64,000 bases of DNA from an uncultured Pelagibacteraceae bacterium (lineage in GTDB: Bacteria > Pseudomonadota > Alphaproteobacteria > Pelagibacterales > Pelagibacteraceae). Below are positions 42,083-53,563 of this stretch, piece by piece; the stretch's first letter is position 1, and each line of letters begins with the position of its first letter. The stretch is taken from the NCBI GenBank assembly GCA_902617645.1, contig CACMXM010000001.1, positions 14,187 through 78,186 of the forward strand, read 5' to 3'. A program made the translations under genes and the position numbers. The notes under the pieces were generated by a model that saw nothing but the letters and a program-made list of their open reading frames with translations, made no database searches and was not told where the DNA came from.

Positions 42083-43403
42083 TTTCTTTGTCTAATAAAT
42101 GTTGATCAACCAAATAAGGAATATTTTTATTTGTATTTACTAACGGATTGAAATTATTTCTTTTTATTATCTCTTTTTTAAAATGTCTTAAAAGACCCTG
42201 TACTGGCCATGAAGATCCTTCACCAAATGCACATATTGTATGTCCCTCAATTTGTTTAGTTACTTCCTCTAACATTTCTATTTCTTCCCTTGATGCCTCA
42301 TTATTTTTCATTCTCTCTAGTATTCTCCACATCCAACCAGAACCTTCTCTACATGGAGTACATTGACCACAACTCTCATGTTTATAAAATCGTGCTATTC
42401 TTGCCATACATGCTATAATGTCTTGGTCTTTATTAATTACAATTATACCAGCAGTACCAAGTCCACTTTTTTGTTGTATCAAAGAATCAAAATCCATTTT
42501 AATTGTATCACAGGTTTCTTTTGGTAACATTGGCATTGATGAGCCACCTGGAATTACTGCTTTAAGATTTTCCCACCCACCTATTACTCCTCCTGCATGT
42601 TTTTCAATTAACTCTTTTAATGTTACTCCCATTTCTTCCTCAACGTTGCATGGTCTATTTACATTGCCCGAAATACAAAAAATTTTAGTCCCTGTATTCT
42701 TTGGATTACCTAAGCTTGTAAACCATTTTGCACCTCTTCTTAAAATTGTTGGCACAACTGCAATTGTCTCAACATTATTAACTATTGTAGGACAACCATA
42801 AAGTCCAACCAATGCAGGAAATGGTGGTTTAAGTCTTGGTTGACCCTTATTGCCCTCAATACTTTCTAACAAAGCTGTTTCTTCACCGCAAATGTATGCG
42901 CCTGCACCATAATGAATATATACATCTAGATCCCAGCCAGTGTCACATGCATTTTTACCAATTAATTTTTTTTCATAGGCTTCGTCAATTGACTTTTGTA
43001 AATTTTCTCCCTCATTATAATATTCCCCCCTGATATAAATATAGCATTTGTGGGCACCTACAGCGTAAGATGCAATTAAACAACCTTCTATTAATTTTTG
43101 TGGTTCAAATCTTAGAATATCACGATCTTTACAAGTACCCGGTTCTGATTCATCAGCATTTATAACCAAGTAATGTGGTTTTGAGATTTCCTTAGGTGCA
43201 AAAGACCATTTTAATCCCGTTGGAAATCCTGCTCCACCTCTACCTCTAAGTTCAGACGATTTAATCTCATCTATTATCCAATTTTTACCTTTAAGGCATA
43301 TTTCTTTTGTATCAACCCAATCTCCTCTTAATTTAGATGACTCTATATCAATACCATTGTCACCATACAAATTCTGAAATATTCTATCTTTATCTTCAAG
43401 CAT
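42075..43403 (-). CDS. nuoF: NADH-quinone oxidoreductase subunit F
   Basis: Motifs [33 protein letters not shown] and [12 protein letters not shown]. Confidence 0.98.
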   Translation of the reverse strand: MLEDKDRIFQNLYGDNGIDIESSKLRGDWVDTKEICLKGKNWIIDEIKSSELRGRGGAGFPTGLKWSFAPKEISKPHYLVINADESEPGTCKDRDILRFEPQKLIEGCLIASYAVGAHKCYIYIRGEYYNEGENLQKSIDEAYEKKLIGKNACDTGWDLDVYIHYGAGAYICGEETALLESIEGNKGQPRLKPPFPALVGLYGCPTIVNNVETIAVVPTILRRGAKWFTSLGNPKNTGTKIFCISGNVNRPCNVEEEMGVTLKELIEKHAGGVIGGWENLKAVIPGGSSMPMLPKETCDTIKMDFDSLIQQKSGLGTAGIIVINKDQDIIACMARIARFYKHESCGQCTPCREGSGWMWRILERMKNNEASREEIEMLEEVTKQIEGHTICAFGEGSSWPVQGLLRHFKKEIIKRNNFNPLVNTNKNIPYLVDQHLLDKENA

Positions 43404-44004
43404 TTTTTAAATTATTAAGTGTTGTTCTTTCTTTCTCAGGTGCTGAGTTAAATCTACCCTTATATGATCCGGGTTTTGGTTGCTTACCATTTTTTGTTTC
43501 ATTTATAATTTTTATTAGCTTTTCTTTACTCAAATCTTCGTAGTAATTTTCATTAATTTGGATCATTGGTGCATTTACGCATGCCCCTAAACATTCAACT
43601 TCAACCCATGAACAATTACCATCTTCTGAAATTTCATTTTCATTTTTTGATATCTTTTCTTTACAAGCCTCAACTAGTTTATACGCTCCTCTTAGCATGC
43701 ATGGAGTTGTAGTACATACCTGATAGAAGTATTTTCCTACAGGGCTCAAATTATACATTGAGTAAAATGTAGCGACTTCGTAAACTTTTATATAAGGCAT
43801 GTTTAATAGCTTTGCTATGTACTTCATCGCTGCAAGTGGTATCCAATTTTGATTCTGATTTTGCGCAAGATATAACAAAGACATTACCGCGCTTTGTTGT
43901 TTTCCTTCCGGATACTTAGATATAATTCGTTTTGAAGTTTTTAAATTAATATCATTAAATTCAAATTTCTCTGGTTGTTGTTTTGATATTTTTTTAATAC
44001 TCAT
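43396..44004 (-). CDS. nuoE: NADH-quinone oxidoreductase subunit E
   Basis: Motifs EVATFY, CTTTPC and [10 protein letters not shown]. Confidence 0.98.
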   Translation of the reverse strand: MSIKKISKQQPEKFEFNDINLKTSKRIISKYPEGKQQSAVMSLLYLAQNQNQNWIPLAAMKYIAKLLNMPYIKVYEVATFYSMYNLSPVGKYFYQVCTTTPCMLRGAYKLVEACKEKISKNENEISEDGNCSWVEVECLGACVNAPMIQINENYYEDLSKEKLIKIINETKNGKQPKPGSYKGRFNSAPEKERTTLNNLKNA

Positions 44005-45176
44005 CTATCTATCTCTCCAAAAACTATATCTAAAGATCCCAAAACCGCAGGAACATCGGCTAACATATGACCTTTTATTAAATAATCCATAGCTTGAAGG
44101 TGAGAAAAACCTGGTGCTCTAATCTTACATTTATAAGGTTTGCTTGATCCATCAGAAATTAAATATACTCCAAATTCTCCCTTTGGTGCTTCAACAGCTG
44201 TATAAATTTCATCTTTATTTACTCTGTAACCCTCAGTAAACAACTTGAAATGATGAATTAACGCTTCCATAGATTCTTTTAAAACTTTTTTTGGTGGTGG
44301 TGAAATTTTACCATCTAAAGTTTTAATAGGGCCTTTTGGCATATTTTTTATACATTGATCAATTATTTTCACACTCTCTCTCATCTCCTCAACTCTACAC
44401 AAATATCTGTCATAGCAATCGCCATTTGTTCCAACTGGGATATTAAATTCCATTTGTTCATAGCAATCATATGGTTGTGATTTTCTTAAATCCCATGCGA
44501 CGTTAGAGCCTCTCAGCATCACACCAGAAAATGAATAATCGAGTGCATCTTGTTTTGAAACAATTCCAATATCAACATTCCTTTGTTTGAAAATTCTATT
44601 ATCTGTTAATAAAGTTTCTAAATCATCAATAATTTTTGGAAATTTTTTTATAAAATCAGAAATATCATTTTCTAAACCTCTTGGCAGATCTTTATGAACA
44701 CCGCCTGCTCTAAAGTAGTTTGCATGTAGTCTTGATCCAGAAACTCTCTCATAAAAAGTCATTAGCGTTTCTCTTTCTTCAAAACCCCATAAAGAGGGTG
44801 TTAAAGCACCAACATCTAAAGCTTGGGTAGTTATATTTAATATATGACTTAGTATTCTTCCTATTTCACAAAATAAAACTCTTATGTATTGAGCTCTTAT
44901 TGGTACCTCTATCTTGAGAATTTTTTCTATCGCTAATGCAAAAGCATGTTCTTGATTCATTGGAGCAACATAATCAAGTCTATCAAAATATGGTACTGCC
45001 TGTGAATAAGTTTTATGTTCTATTAATTTTTCAGTTCCACGATGTAATAATCCTATATGAGGGTCCGCTTTTTCAACTACCTCGCCATCTAGTTCTAAAA
45101 TTAGTCTTAATACTCCATGAGCAGCTGGGTGTTGAGGACCGAAATTTAAATTCAGTGTTTTTGTTTGTTTAGACAT
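44001..45176 (-). CDS. nuoD: NADH-quinone oxidoreductase subunit D
   Basis: Motifs [24 protein letters not shown] and DIVFGEIDR. Confidence 0.99.
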   Translation of the reverse strand: MSKQTKTLNLNFGPQHPAAHGVLRLILELDGEVVEKADPHIGLLHRGTEKLIEHKTYSQAVPYFDRLDYVAPMNQEHAFALAIEKILKIEVPIRAQYIRVLFCEIGRILSHILNITTQALDVGALTPSLWGFEERETLMTFYERVSGSRLHANYFRAGGVHKDLPRGLENDISDFIKKFPKIIDDLETLLTDNRIFKQRNVDIGIVSKQDALDYSFSGVMLRGSNVAWDLRKSQPYDCYEQMEFNIPVGTNGDCYDRYLCRVEEMRESVKIIDQCIKNMPKGPIKTLDGKISPPPKKVLKESMEALIHHFKLFTEGYRVNKDEIYTAVEAPKGEFGVYLISDGSSKPYKCKIRAPGFSHLQAMDYLIKGHMLADVPAVLGSLDIVFGEIDR

Positions 45177-45769
45177 TATTTGTCTTTAGTATTTTTGTTA
45201 ATATATTTCGTTCCTTCCCAAGGACTTTCATAATCAAAATTTCTGTAATTTTGCTCAAGTTTAACTGGTTCGTATATAACTTTCTTTTCATCTTCACTAT
45301 ATCTAACCTCATTATGACCCGTTAAAGGAAAATCTTTTCGAAGTGGAAAACCTTCAAAACCATAATCTGTTAAAATTCTTCTAAGGTCTGGATGATCTTT
45401 AAACTTGATACCATACATGTCAAAAACTTCTCTTTCCATCCAATTGGATGCAGGATAAATCTTTGTAATTGTGGGAACAATTTCATCCTCATTGATGAGG
45501 CATTCCAAAACTAACCTAGAATTATATTCGTGACTTAAAAACATATATATTAATTTAAATCTTTTTTCATTTTGGGGGTAATCAACAGCGGTTATATCTA
45601 TAAGTTGCCTAAATTTTGTGTTTTCATTATTTTTAAGAAATAAGATAACATCTATTAAGTCTTCGCTATCAATATTAATAAAAATTTGAGAGTGATTAAT
45701 TTTTGAAGTATTTATCTTAGTTGTTAGTTCTGAATTAATTTTTTTTTCCAAGTCTTGTAATGAAAACAT
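45176..45769 (-). CDS. nuoC: NADH-quinone oxidoreductase subunit C
   Basis: Motif EREVFDMYG...[23 protein letters not shown]. Confidence 0.98.
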   Translation of the reverse strand: MFSLQDLEKKINSELTTKINTSKINHSQIFINIDSEDLIDVILFLKNNENTKFRQLIDITAVDYPQNEKRFKLIYMFLSHEYNSRLVLECLINEDEIVPTITKIYPASNWMEREVFDMYGIKFKDHPDLRRILTDYGFEGFPLRKDFPLTGHNEVRYSEDEKKVIYEPVKLEQNYRNFDYESPWEGTKYINKNTKDK

Positions 45770-45773
45770 TAAA

Positions 45774-46295
45774 TTACCTCTCTAAAGATCCATTGTTACG
45801 GATTTTTTTTTGCAACTGCATGATGCCATATAACAACGCTTCAGCAGATGGTGGGCAACCTGGTACATAGATATCTACAGGTACAATTTTATCACAACCT
45901 CTCACCACTGAATAAGAGTAATGATAATATCCTCCGCCATTTGCACAGCTTCCCATTGATATTACATATCGTGGTTCTGGCATTTGATCATAAACTTTAC
46001 GTAAAGCTGGCGCCATCTTGTTCGTTAGCGTTCCCGCTACAATCATAACATCTGATTGTCTTGGTGAACCTCGTGGTGCAGCTCCAAACCTCTCCAAATC
46101 GTATCTGGGCATAGAAGTTTGCATCATTTCAACTGCACAACAAGCCAGACCAAAAGTCATCCAGTGAAGAGATCCTGTTCTAGCCCAATTTACTAAATTA
46201 TCAAATGATGTGGTAATGAATCCTTTGTCTGCAAAATCTTTTGCCAATTGTTTAAATTCATCAGGTATTTTTTTTTCTTTTTCTATTTCAATCAT
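45774..46295 (-). CDS. nuoB: NADH-quinone oxidoreductase subunit B
   Basis: Motifs [22 protein letters not shown] and YVPGCPP. Confidence 0.99.
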   Translation of the reverse strand: MIEIEKEKKIPDEFKQLAKDFADKGFITTSFDNLVNWARTGSLHWMTFGLACCAVEMMQTSMPRYDLERFGAAPRGSPRQSDVMIVAGTLTNKMAPALRKVYDQMPEPRYVISMGSCANGGGYYHYSYSVVRGCDKIVPVDIYVPGCPPSAEALLYGIMQLQKKIRNNGSLER

Positions 46296-46299
46296 TTAA

Positions 46300-46668
46300 T
46301 TACTCCCAATCCAAAGCTCCTTTTTTCCATTCATAAATAAATCCTATAGTAAGTATAAATAAAAAAACTAACATTGATAAATATCCATAAAGACCTATTG
46401 TTCCGAGAGATATTGCCCAAGGAAATAAAAATGCAATTTCTAAATCAAATATTATGAATAAAATAGCTACTAGATAAAATCTAACATCAAATTCCATTCT
46501 AGAGTCATTGAAAGGTTCAAATCCACATTCATATGCAGACAATTTTTCAGGATCTGGATTTTTTGGCGAAAATACAAAATTTAAAATTATGAAACCTATG
46601 CTAAGCGCCAATGCTATAAACAGAAATAACATAATTGGAAAATAATCCTGTAAAAAATCCGCATTCAT
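46300..46668 (-). CDS. nuoA: NADH-quinone oxidoreductase subunit A
   Basis: Motifs YECGF, FIIFDLE and [11 protein letters not shown]. Confidence 0.98.
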   Translation of the reverse strand: MNADFLQDYFPIMLFLFIALALSIGFIILNFVFSPKNPDPEKLSAYECGFEPFNDSRMEFDVRFYLVAILFIIFDLEIAFLFPWAISLGTIGLYGYLSMLVFLFILTIGFIYEWKKGALDWE

Positions 46669-46857
46669 ATTGTATAAGTATTTTAATCTTTGAATAAGAT
46701 AATTCTGAAAAGATACATACTATATTAGTTTTTTTTAAAAATTAAAATTATTCAATTTTATTTTAAATACATGAATTTTTATAGATATTTTTATAGTAAT
46801 TTATAGTGCAAATTGGTCACGTATTTTATGGCTTATTTATTAATCGAATGATTAAAT

Positions 46858-46872
46858 TGAGAATCATTATCA
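46858..46872. promoter_or_regulatory. Candidate Fur-family operator upstream of nuoA
   Basis: TGAGAAT-C-ATTATCA is one mismatch from the 7-1-7 Fur box TGATAAT-N-ATTATCA. It lies ~190 bp upstream of nuoA in the largest intergenic gap of the window. Confidence 0.4.
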
Positions 46873-46893
46873 AAATATGGTATTTAATAACTG

Positions 46894-48009
46894 CTATTTA
46901 TTTAATACTGTTGTTAAGAATTTTATATATTTATTTACCTGGCTTAAAATTAAAAATCGTTTAAGTTTTTTATGCTGTATTCTTGTTGATCTTAAAATAG
47001 CATCATAATTGTCCACAACATTTATCATAAGCTTACCAAGACTTTTTGGATCATTATGTTGAAGAAAATATTTATAATTTTTTGATAATATATCTTCTGC
47101 ACCACTACATTTTGTACTTATGCAGGGCAAACTATGATTAAGTGCGTCGATCAAAGTATTAGGCAAGCCTTCATACAATGATGGGAAAACTAATAATTTG
47201 CTAGTGGAATAATATTTTGTCATGTTGTTTGACCAATTTTTAATTATTACGCTTCTTTGTAAATTTAAATTTTGAATTAATTTTTTTAATTTATATTCAT
47301 CTGCACCATGCCCAACTAATAATAATTTATAGTCTTTATTGTGTTTTATAAAAATCCTAAAAGCTTTAATTGTTAAAGATTGATTTTTTTGTTTACAAAG
47401 TCTACCAACTGATAAAATAATTTTTTTTCTATTTTGATTTTTAAATTTAACGATTTTATGCAAATATGGGTTATATATTAAATTTATATTTTTAATATTA
47501 AAAGTAAGCTTTTCCAAAGATTTTTTTGCTTTTAATGAGTTTGTAATTATTCCATTAGAAAAAAAATAAAAAAAGCTTTTTAGAAAAAGAACTATATAAG
47601 CAAATACAAAATTATCAGCGTATTTGGTTGCGTCAATTGCATCCTCTGAATTTCTTATTACTATCTTTTTAGAAAAAATAGTGCAAAAAAAAAGTGGAAC
47701 TACATGACTTTGAAATGAAAAAAAAATAGTATTTTTATTTGAAGCTGATAATAATTTTATTAAAATTAATAATGATCCGAAAAGAGAGGTAATTCTTTTC
47801 GATAAAAAATATCTTTCAGTACTTTTTACCCTAAAAACTTTAATTTTATTTGTTAAAAATTTTTTTTGATTTTTTTTACTTATATTTGAAATTAAACTTA
47901 TGGTAATATTTTTTCTCGAAGCTAGATTGGCAAAATTAATTAAGTTAAAAGTTGCTCCGCCTTTTTCAAATGATGGATAATAGATGATAATATTTTTTAG
48001 TTTTTTCAT
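46894..48009 (-). CDS. GT-B (GT4-like) glycosyltransferase
   Basis: N-terminal GGA motif, LSVGRL..QKN, VGHG and the PSLYEGLPNTLIDA nucleotide-sugar-binding motif. Confidence 0.88.
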   Translation of the reverse strand: MKKLKNIIIYYPSFEKGGATFNLINFANLASRKNITISLISNISKKNQKKFLTNKIKVFRVKSTERYFLSKRITSLFGSLLILIKLLSASNKNTIFFSFQSHVVPLFFCTIFSKKIVIRNSEDAIDATKYADNFVFAYIVLFLKSFFYFFSNGIITNSLKAKKSLEKLTFNIKNINLIYNPYLHKIVKFKNQNRKKIILSVGRLCKQKNQSLTIKAFRIFIKHNKDYKLLLVGHGADEYKLKKLIQNLNLQRSVIIKNWSNNMTKYYSTSKLLVFPSLYEGLPNTLIDALNHSLPCISTKCSGAEDILSKNYKYFLQHNDPKSLGKLMINVVDNYDAILRSTRIQHKKLKRFLILSQVNKYIKFLTTVLNK

Positions 48010-48839
48010 TTATATTTTTTAGAAATATCTTTTTTTATAAATACAAAATTTGATAAATGTAAAATATTATTTTCTGGTCTTATCGGATCTATATAGATTA
48101 GTTTTTTACCGTATGGTAAAATTTTAAAAATTTCATAATTATTTAATAATTTAGAAAATTCAAAAAGATTTACTTTTTTAAATAACTGATGCCAATTAAT
48201 TTCTATTTGGATAAATTTTGGTGAGTTGAAATCTATAAATTTTTTAGCACCCTGAATTACTTCATATTCGTGACCCTCAACATCTATTTTTAAAAAGTCA
48301 ACCTTATTATTGGTATCGAAAAAGTTAAGAGAGTCTAATTTTTTTATAGTAATATCGTATTCTCTAAGATTATTTTTGTCTATAAAAGACAATTTTTCTA
48401 AATTTTTTTCGAGAGATGCCTTTTCAGATATATCATTAGCTGAGTAAATTTGTTTAACGCCATCTTCATTTCCAAGGGCCAGTTTTTCAATAAAAAATCT
48501 ATCTTTATATTTTTCTTTGATTTTTTTTAGCTCATCAAATGATTTTTCCATAGGTTCAAACGCATACACTTTTGCATTTGTTTTTTTAAGGAGCAGCTTT
48601 GAATAATTTCCTATGTTTGCACCTACATCTAAACATACTTTAATTTCATCAGATATTATATCTATAAAATTTTCTTCTCCTGTAGATTTAAAATTGCCAT
48701 AATTTTTATATCCTTTAGCATGTAATGATAATGATAAAATTATATCGTTGAGAAACTGAAGACTTTTTCGTCCAAAAATTAAAACGTATAAACTCGAAAA
48801 CATTTTCCAGACACTAACTAAAAAACTTTTTTTACCCAT
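48006..48839 (-). CDS. FkbM-family SAM-dependent methyltransferase
   Basis: Motifs LDVGANIG, VYAFEP, LALG, LD, and FLKIDVEGHEYEVIQGA. Confidence 0.92.
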   Translation of the reverse strand: MGKKSFLVSVWKMFSSLYVLIFGRKSLQFLNDIILSLSLHAKGYKNYGNFKSTGEENFIDIISDEIKVCLDVGANIGNYSKLLLKKTNAKVYAFEPMEKSFDELKKIKEKYKDRFFIEKLALGNEDGVKQIYSANDISEKASLEKNLEKLSFIDKNNLREYDITIKKLDSLNFFDTNNKVDFLKIDVEGHEYEVIQGAKKFIDFNSPKFIQIEINWHQLFKKVNLFEFSKLLNNYEIFKILPYGKKLIYIDPIRPENNILHLSNFVFIKKDISKKYK

Positions 48840-48902
48840 TTTTATAATAACTTAATATCTATATTTTAAAATTGTGGCATATTTATTGTTAAGACGCATT
48901 AA

Positions 48903-48979
48903 TGGCGGGAGTGACGGGACTCGAACCCGCAGCCTTCCGCGTGACAGGCGGATGCTCTAACCAATTGAGCTACACCCCC
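48903..48979 (-). tRNA. tRNA-Asp(GTC)
   Basis: GGGGGTGTAGCTCAATTGGTTAGAGCATCCGCCT-GTC-ACGCGGAAGGCTGCGGGTTCGAGTCCCGTCACTCCCGCCA folds as a cloverleaf with encoded CCA. Confidence 0.98.
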
Positions 48980-48983
48980 ATTT

Positions 48984-49059
48984 TGGTGGGCAGTAAAGGA
49001 CTCGAACCTTTGACCCCCTCGGTGTAAACGAGATGCTCTACCAACTGAGCTAACCGCCC
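48984..49059 (-). tRNA. tRNA-Val(TAC)
   Basis: GGGCGGTTAGCTCAGTTGGTAGAGCATCTCGTT-TAC-ACCGAGGGGGTCAAAGGTTCGAGTCCTTTACTGCCCACCA; 4-nt spacer to tRNA-Asp. Confidence 0.98.
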
Positions 49060-49108
49060 AAAATATTTGGTACTAATACAACAAGGTTAAATTAAAGTAA
49101 ATTATTAA

Positions 49109-51496
49109 TTACTGAATACTGGCTTGAGATTCGTCTTTTTTCTTTTCAGAAGAAATTTTTTCTACCTCTACCCATTCCACAGGTTTTAACTGTTTAGTTA
49201 ATGCAATTTTTAAAACATCTTCTACAATCTCAACTGAGGTGATTTTTATATCCTCTTTCACTTTTTTTGGGATGTCGGTAAGATCTTTTTCATTTTCTTT
49301 CGGTATTAAAACTTCTTTTATTCCCGCTCTATGAGCTGCTAATAGTTTTTCTTTTAATCCACCAATTGGGAGAACTTGTCCAGTAATTGTTACTTCTCCT
49401 GTCATGGCAAGATCTCTTCTTATTGGTATTTTGGTGATTGAAGAAACAATCGATGTAACCATAGCAATTCCGGCTGATGGGCCATCTTTCGGTGTTGCTC
49501 CTTCTGGCACATGAATATGAAAATCTTTTTTTTCAAAGATAGGAGGAATAATTCCAAAGTCTAAACTTTTAGATCGCACGTATGATTTCGCAGCTTTCAC
49601 AGACTCTTGCATTACGTCTCCTAATTTACCAGTAATTTGCATTCTTCCTTTACCAGGCATATTCACAGTCTCTATCTTAAGAATTTCACCACCAAATTCT
49701 GTCCATGCTAGACCTGTTACTATTCCTATCTTGTCGTTATTTTCTAATTCTCCAAACTTAAATTTTTTAATTCCTAGAAAATCACTAATGTTATCTTTAT
49801 TAATTTTTACTTTTGTTTCCTCTGAAGAAACAATTTTTTTGACTACTTTTCTTGAAACTTTAAATATCTCTCTCTCTAAATTTCTTACTCCAGATTCTCG
49901 GGTATAATTTCTTATGATTTGTTTTAATGTTCCATCTGAGATATCCATTTCTCCTTTTTTAACACCATTTTCTTTAATAGCTTTAGGTAATAGAAACTTG
50001 TCAGCAATATTAATTTTCTCATCTTCTGTGTAACCAGGAATTCTAATTACTTCCATTCTGTCTAGTAAAGGAGGTAGGATATTTAAAGTATTTGCTGTAG
50101 TAACAAACATTACATCGGATAGATCGTAATCCACCTCTAGATAATGATCGTTAAATGTAGTGTTTTGTTCTGGATCTAAAGCTTCTAGTAAAGCTGATGA
50201 TGGGTCTCCTCTATAATCATTACCAATTTTGTCAATTTCATCTAAGAGAAATAGTGGATTTTTCGTTCCAGCTTTTTTCATCATCTGAATTATTTTTCCT
50301 GGTAGTGAGCCTATGTAAGTTCTTCTATGACCTCTTACTTCCGCTTCATCTCTTATTCCGCCTAAAGAAATTCTGACAAATTGTCTATTAGTCGCTTTAG
50401 CTATTGATTTACCTAACGATGTTTTTCCTACCCCTGGAGGTCCCACTAAACATAAAATTGGGCCTTTAATTTTTTCCATCCTCTTTTGAACAGCTAAAAA
50501 CTCTACAATTCTCTCTTTTACTTTATCCAATCCAAAATGATCTTCATCTAAAATTTTCAGCGCTTTGTCCAAATCAATATCTACTTTGTCCTTTTTATGC
50601 CAAGGTAAATCTATCATCCAATCTAAATAATTTCTAACTACCGTTGCTTCGGCTGACATAGGACTCATACTTCTAAGCTTCTTAAGCTCTGACATACATT
50701 TTTTTTGGACTTCTTTAGGCATTTTCGCTTTCAATATTGCCTTGTTTAAATTTGAGGTTTCATCCTTTCCATCTTCAATCTCACCTAGCTCTTTCTGAAT
50801 AGCTTTCAACTGTTCGTTAAGATAATATTCTCTTTGAGTTTTCTCCATTTGAGTTTTAACTCTACCTCTAATCCTTTTTTCTACTCCAATTATACTTGTT
50901 TCATTATCCATAATTTTAATCACAGCATTTAATCTTTTTTTGATATCAGCTGTCTCAAATAGTTGTTGTTTCTCTGAAATCGTAATATTAAGATGAGAAG
51001 CAATATTATCAGCTATCTTTGATGGTTCCTTAAGGTCTTTAATGCTTGAGATTGTTTCATTTGAAATTTTTTTATTTATAGATGATAGTTTTTCTAATCT
51101 TTTTAATGCTGTCCCTGCTAAAAGATTTAAGTCATCATTTTTTTCATCAATATCGTTAAAATATTCGAAACTACAATTTATAAATTTATCCTCATCCTTA
51201 AAATCTGTAATCTTAACTCTTTTATTTCCCTCTACTAAAACTTTTACAGTTCCATCTGGCAATTTTAACAGTTGCAAAATATTACTCTCACATCCGTAAG
51301 AAAAAATGTCATTTTTTTTTGGATCATCTACTTCTGAATTTTTTTGAGTTACTAATATAATTTTTTTATCACCTTGCATTACTTCATTGAGTGCAGAAAT
51401 TGATTTATCTCTGCCAACAAATAGAGGTATTACCATACTTGGGAATACAACAATATCTCTTAAAGGCAGTAATGGTAGATTTCGTTTAATTTCCAT
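49109..51496 (-). CDS. lon: ATP-dependent protease La
   Basis: Motifs [17 protein letters not shown], catalytic PKDGPSAG and PIGGLKEK. Confidence 0.99.
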   Translation of the reverse strand: MEIKRNLPLLPLRDIVVFPSMVIPLFVGRDKSISALNEVMQGDKKIILVTQKNSEVDDPKKNDIFSYGCESNILQLLKLPDGTVKVLVEGNKRVKITDFKDEDKFINCSFEYFNDIDEKNDDLNLLAGTALKRLEKLSSINKKISNETISSIKDLKEPSKIADNIASHLNITISEKQQLFETADIKKRLNAVIKIMDNETSIIGVEKRIRGRVKTQMEKTQREYYLNEQLKAIQKELGEIEDGKDETSNLNKAILKAKMPKEVQKKCMSELKKLRSMSPMSAEATVVRNYLDWMIDLPWHKKDKVDIDLDKALKILDEDHFGLDKVKERIVEFLAVQKRMEKIKGPILCLVGPPGVGKTSLGKSIAKATNRQFVRISLGGIRDEAEVRGHRRTYIGSLPGKIIQMMKKAGTKNPLFLLDEIDKIGNDYRGDPSSALLEALDPEQNTTFNDHYLEVDYDLSDVMFVTTANTLNILPPLLDRMEVIRIPGYTEDEKINIADKFLLPKAIKENGVKKGEMDISDGTLKQIIRNYTRESGVRNLEREIFKVSRKVVKKIVSSEETKVKINKDNISDFLGIKKFKFGELENNDKIGIVTGLAWTEFGGEILKIETVNMPGKGRMQITGKLGDVMQESVKAAKSYVRSKSLDFGIIPPIFEKKDFHIHVPEGATPKDGPSAGIAMVTSIVSSITKIPIRRDLAMTGEVTITGQVLPIGGLKEKLLAAHRAGIKEVLIPKENEKDLTDIPKKVKEDIKITSVEIVEDVLKIALTKQLKPVEWVEVEKISSEKKKDESQASIQ

Positions 51497-51503
51497 ACTA
51501 TTA

Positions 51504-51531
51504 ATATGGATATAATTATAAATATTGCAAT
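51504..51531 (-). promoter_or_regulatory. Candidate RpoH (sigma-32) promoter of lon
   Basis: Minus strand ATTGCA-N15-TCCATAT, 7 nt before the ATG, resembles the alphaproteobacterial RpoH consensus (CTTG-N~17-CC[T/C]ATAT). Confidence 0.45.
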
Positions 51532-51557
51532 AGATATTTAGTCTTTATTATATATAA

Positions 51558-52829
51558 TCAAGCTGCCGTTGTTTTTGAGCTCTTGTTTTTACTTTGTGCA
51601 TTTTTTGAATGCACAATAATTGGTTGCGAAAGCCCTTTGGCCGCACCCGAATCTACTATAACTTCATCAACATTTTCTAAACTTGGTAGTTCAAACATTG
51701 TTTTTAATAATATGTTTTCAAGTATCGACCTCAAACCTCTTGCGCCAGTTTTTTTTGAAATTGCTTTTAATGCAATCTCTTTAATTGCATTTTCTTTAAA
51801 AATTAATTTTGCTCCCTCTAGTTTAAATAACTCTTGATATTGTTTGATTAAAGAATTTTTTGGCTCTTGAAGAATTTTAATTAATGATTTTTCATCTAAA
51901 TCTTCTAGCGTAGCTATTATTGGAAGCCTTCCAATGAATTCTGGTATTAAGCCATATTTTAGTAAATCTTCCGGCTCTAAAGTTTTCATTAACTCTCCAG
52001 TTTTTTTCTCATCTATACTTTTAACCTCAGCTCCAAATCCAATCGCTGTGCCTTTGTCTCTTTGAGAAATTATTTTGTCTAATCCAGCAAAAGCCCCACC
52101 ACATACAAATAAAATATTTGTTGTATCTACCTGCAAAAATTCTTGTTGAGGATGTTTTCGACCTCCCTGTGGAGGAACACTTGCAATAGTGCCTTCCATT
52201 ATTTTTAACAAAGCTTGTTGCACCCCTTCTCCTGATACATCGCGTGTAATAGAAGGGTTTTCAGATTTTCTACTAATTTTATCAACTTCATCTATATAAA
52301 CTATTCCTCTCTGAGCCTTTTCTACATTATAATCAGCAGCTTGTAATAATTTTAAAATAATATTTTCTACATCTTCACCAACATACCCCGCCTCTGTTAG
52401 AGTTGTGGCATCAGCCATTGTAAAAGGGACATCTAAAATTCTTGCTAGTGTTTGTGCTAAAAGAGTTTTTCCACAACCTGTAGGACCTACCAATAAAATA
52501 TTTGATTTAGCTAATTCTACGTTTTTGTTTGTTTTAGATTCATAATTTAATCTTTTATAATGATTATGAACTGCAACAGATAAAACTTCCTTTGCGTGTT
52601 TCTGGCCAATTACGTAGTCATCCAATATTGAACATATTTCTTTAGGTGACGGCAGGCCATCTTGATGCTTAACTAAAGTATCCTTACTTTCCTCTTTAAT
52701 TATGTCCATGCATAATTCAACACACTCATCACAAATAAAAACTGTTGGGCCTGCAATTAGTTTTCTTACTTCGTGCTGACTCTTTCCGCAGAAAGAACAG
52801 TAAAGAATATTTTTATTATTTGAACTCAT
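51558..52829 (-). CDS. clpX: ATP-dependent Clp protease ATPase ClpX
   Basis: Zn finger CSFCGK...ICDECV, plus [23 protein letters not shown] and the IGF loop. Confidence 0.99.
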   Translation of the reverse strand: MSSNNKNILYCSFCGKSQHEVRKLIAGPTVFICDECVELCMDIIKEESKDTLVKHQDGLPSPKEICSILDDYVIGQKHAKEVLSVAVHNHYKRLNYESKTNKNVELAKSNILLVGPTGCGKTLLAQTLARILDVPFTMADATTLTEAGYVGEDVENIILKLLQAADYNVEKAQRGIVYIDEVDKISRKSENPSITRDVSGEGVQQALLKIMEGTIASVPPQGGRKHPQQEFLQVDTTNILFVCGGAFAGLDKIISQRDKGTAIGFGAEVKSIDEKKTGELMKTLEPEDLLKYGLIPEFIGRLPIIATLEDLDEKSLIKILQEPKNSLIKQYQELFKLEGAKLIFKENAIKEIALKAISKKTGARGLRSILENILLKTMFELPSLENVDEVIVDSGAAKGLSQPIIVHSKNAQSKNKSSKTTAA

Positions 52830-52922
52830 AAGCTATTTGTAAAACGAATCGATTTATATACTTTATTACAATTAAGTTTAAATAATCAAGTATAGGTTGA
52901 TGTTATTACAAGATATTGTGAA

Positions 52923-53531
52923 TTAATCTCTTTTTTCTACAACTTTATCTATTAGACCAAAGTCTTTAGCTTGATTGGGTGTCATAAAATTATCTCGTTC
53001 AAGGGCAGATTTAATTTCATCGACAGATTTACCTGTATGCTTTGAGTAAATTTCATTTAATCTTTTTTTTAATGATAATACCTCATTTGCATGTATTTCT
53101 ATATCTGTTGCCTGTCCTTGAAATCCAGCAGATGGTTGATGAACCATTACTCTTGCATTTGGTAAAGAGAATCTTTTTCCTTTAGTCCCAGCTGCTAACA
53201 AAAATGACCCCATTGATGCAGCTTGTCCTATACATAAAGTTGAAACGTCGGGTTTAATAAATTGCATTGTATCATAAATTCCTAGACCTGCTGTAACAAG
53301 TCCACCCGGGCTATTTATATAAAAAGATATTTCTTTTTTTGGATTTTCAGACTCCAAAAAAAGAAGTTGTGCAGTTGCAAGTGATGCGACTTGATCGTTT
53401 ATAGGTCCAGTTAGAAAAACGATCCTCTCCTTAAGTAATCTTGAATAAATATCATATGCACGTTCACCTCGGCTAGATTGCTCTACCACCATTGGTATCA
53501 ATGTATTCATATGTTCGTTTATTTTATTCAT
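52923..53531 (-). CDS. clpP: ATP-dependent Clp protease proteolytic subunit
   Basis: Motifs [24 protein letters not shown] and MVHQP. The start could be the internal Met of MNTLIP. Confidence 0.99.
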   Translation of the reverse strand: MNKINEHMNTLIPMVVEQSSRGERAYDIYSRLLKERIVFLTGPINDQVASLATAQLLFLESENPKKEISFYINSPGGLVTAGLGIYDTMQFIKPDVSTLCIGQAASMGSFLLAAGTKGKRFSLPNARVMVHQPSAGFQGQATDIEIHANEVLSLKKRLNEIYSKHTGKSVDEIKSALERDNFMTPNQAKDFGLIDKVVEKRD

Positions 53532-53563
53532 ATAAAGATTCGTTATACTTATACAACTTGTGA

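Noticed and set aside
46669-48902. Prophage or integrative element at tRNA-Asp
   Set aside because: No integrase, no duplicated tRNA 3' end (att) on the nuoA side, and no phage genes. Kept only as a small islet.
52830-53563. RpoH-like promoters before clpX (CTTGTA-N10-CCTATAC) and clpP (GTTGTA-N15-TTTATAT)
   Set aside because: The spacing is wrong for clpX and the -10 match is poor for clpP. Neither is distinguishable from AT-rich background.
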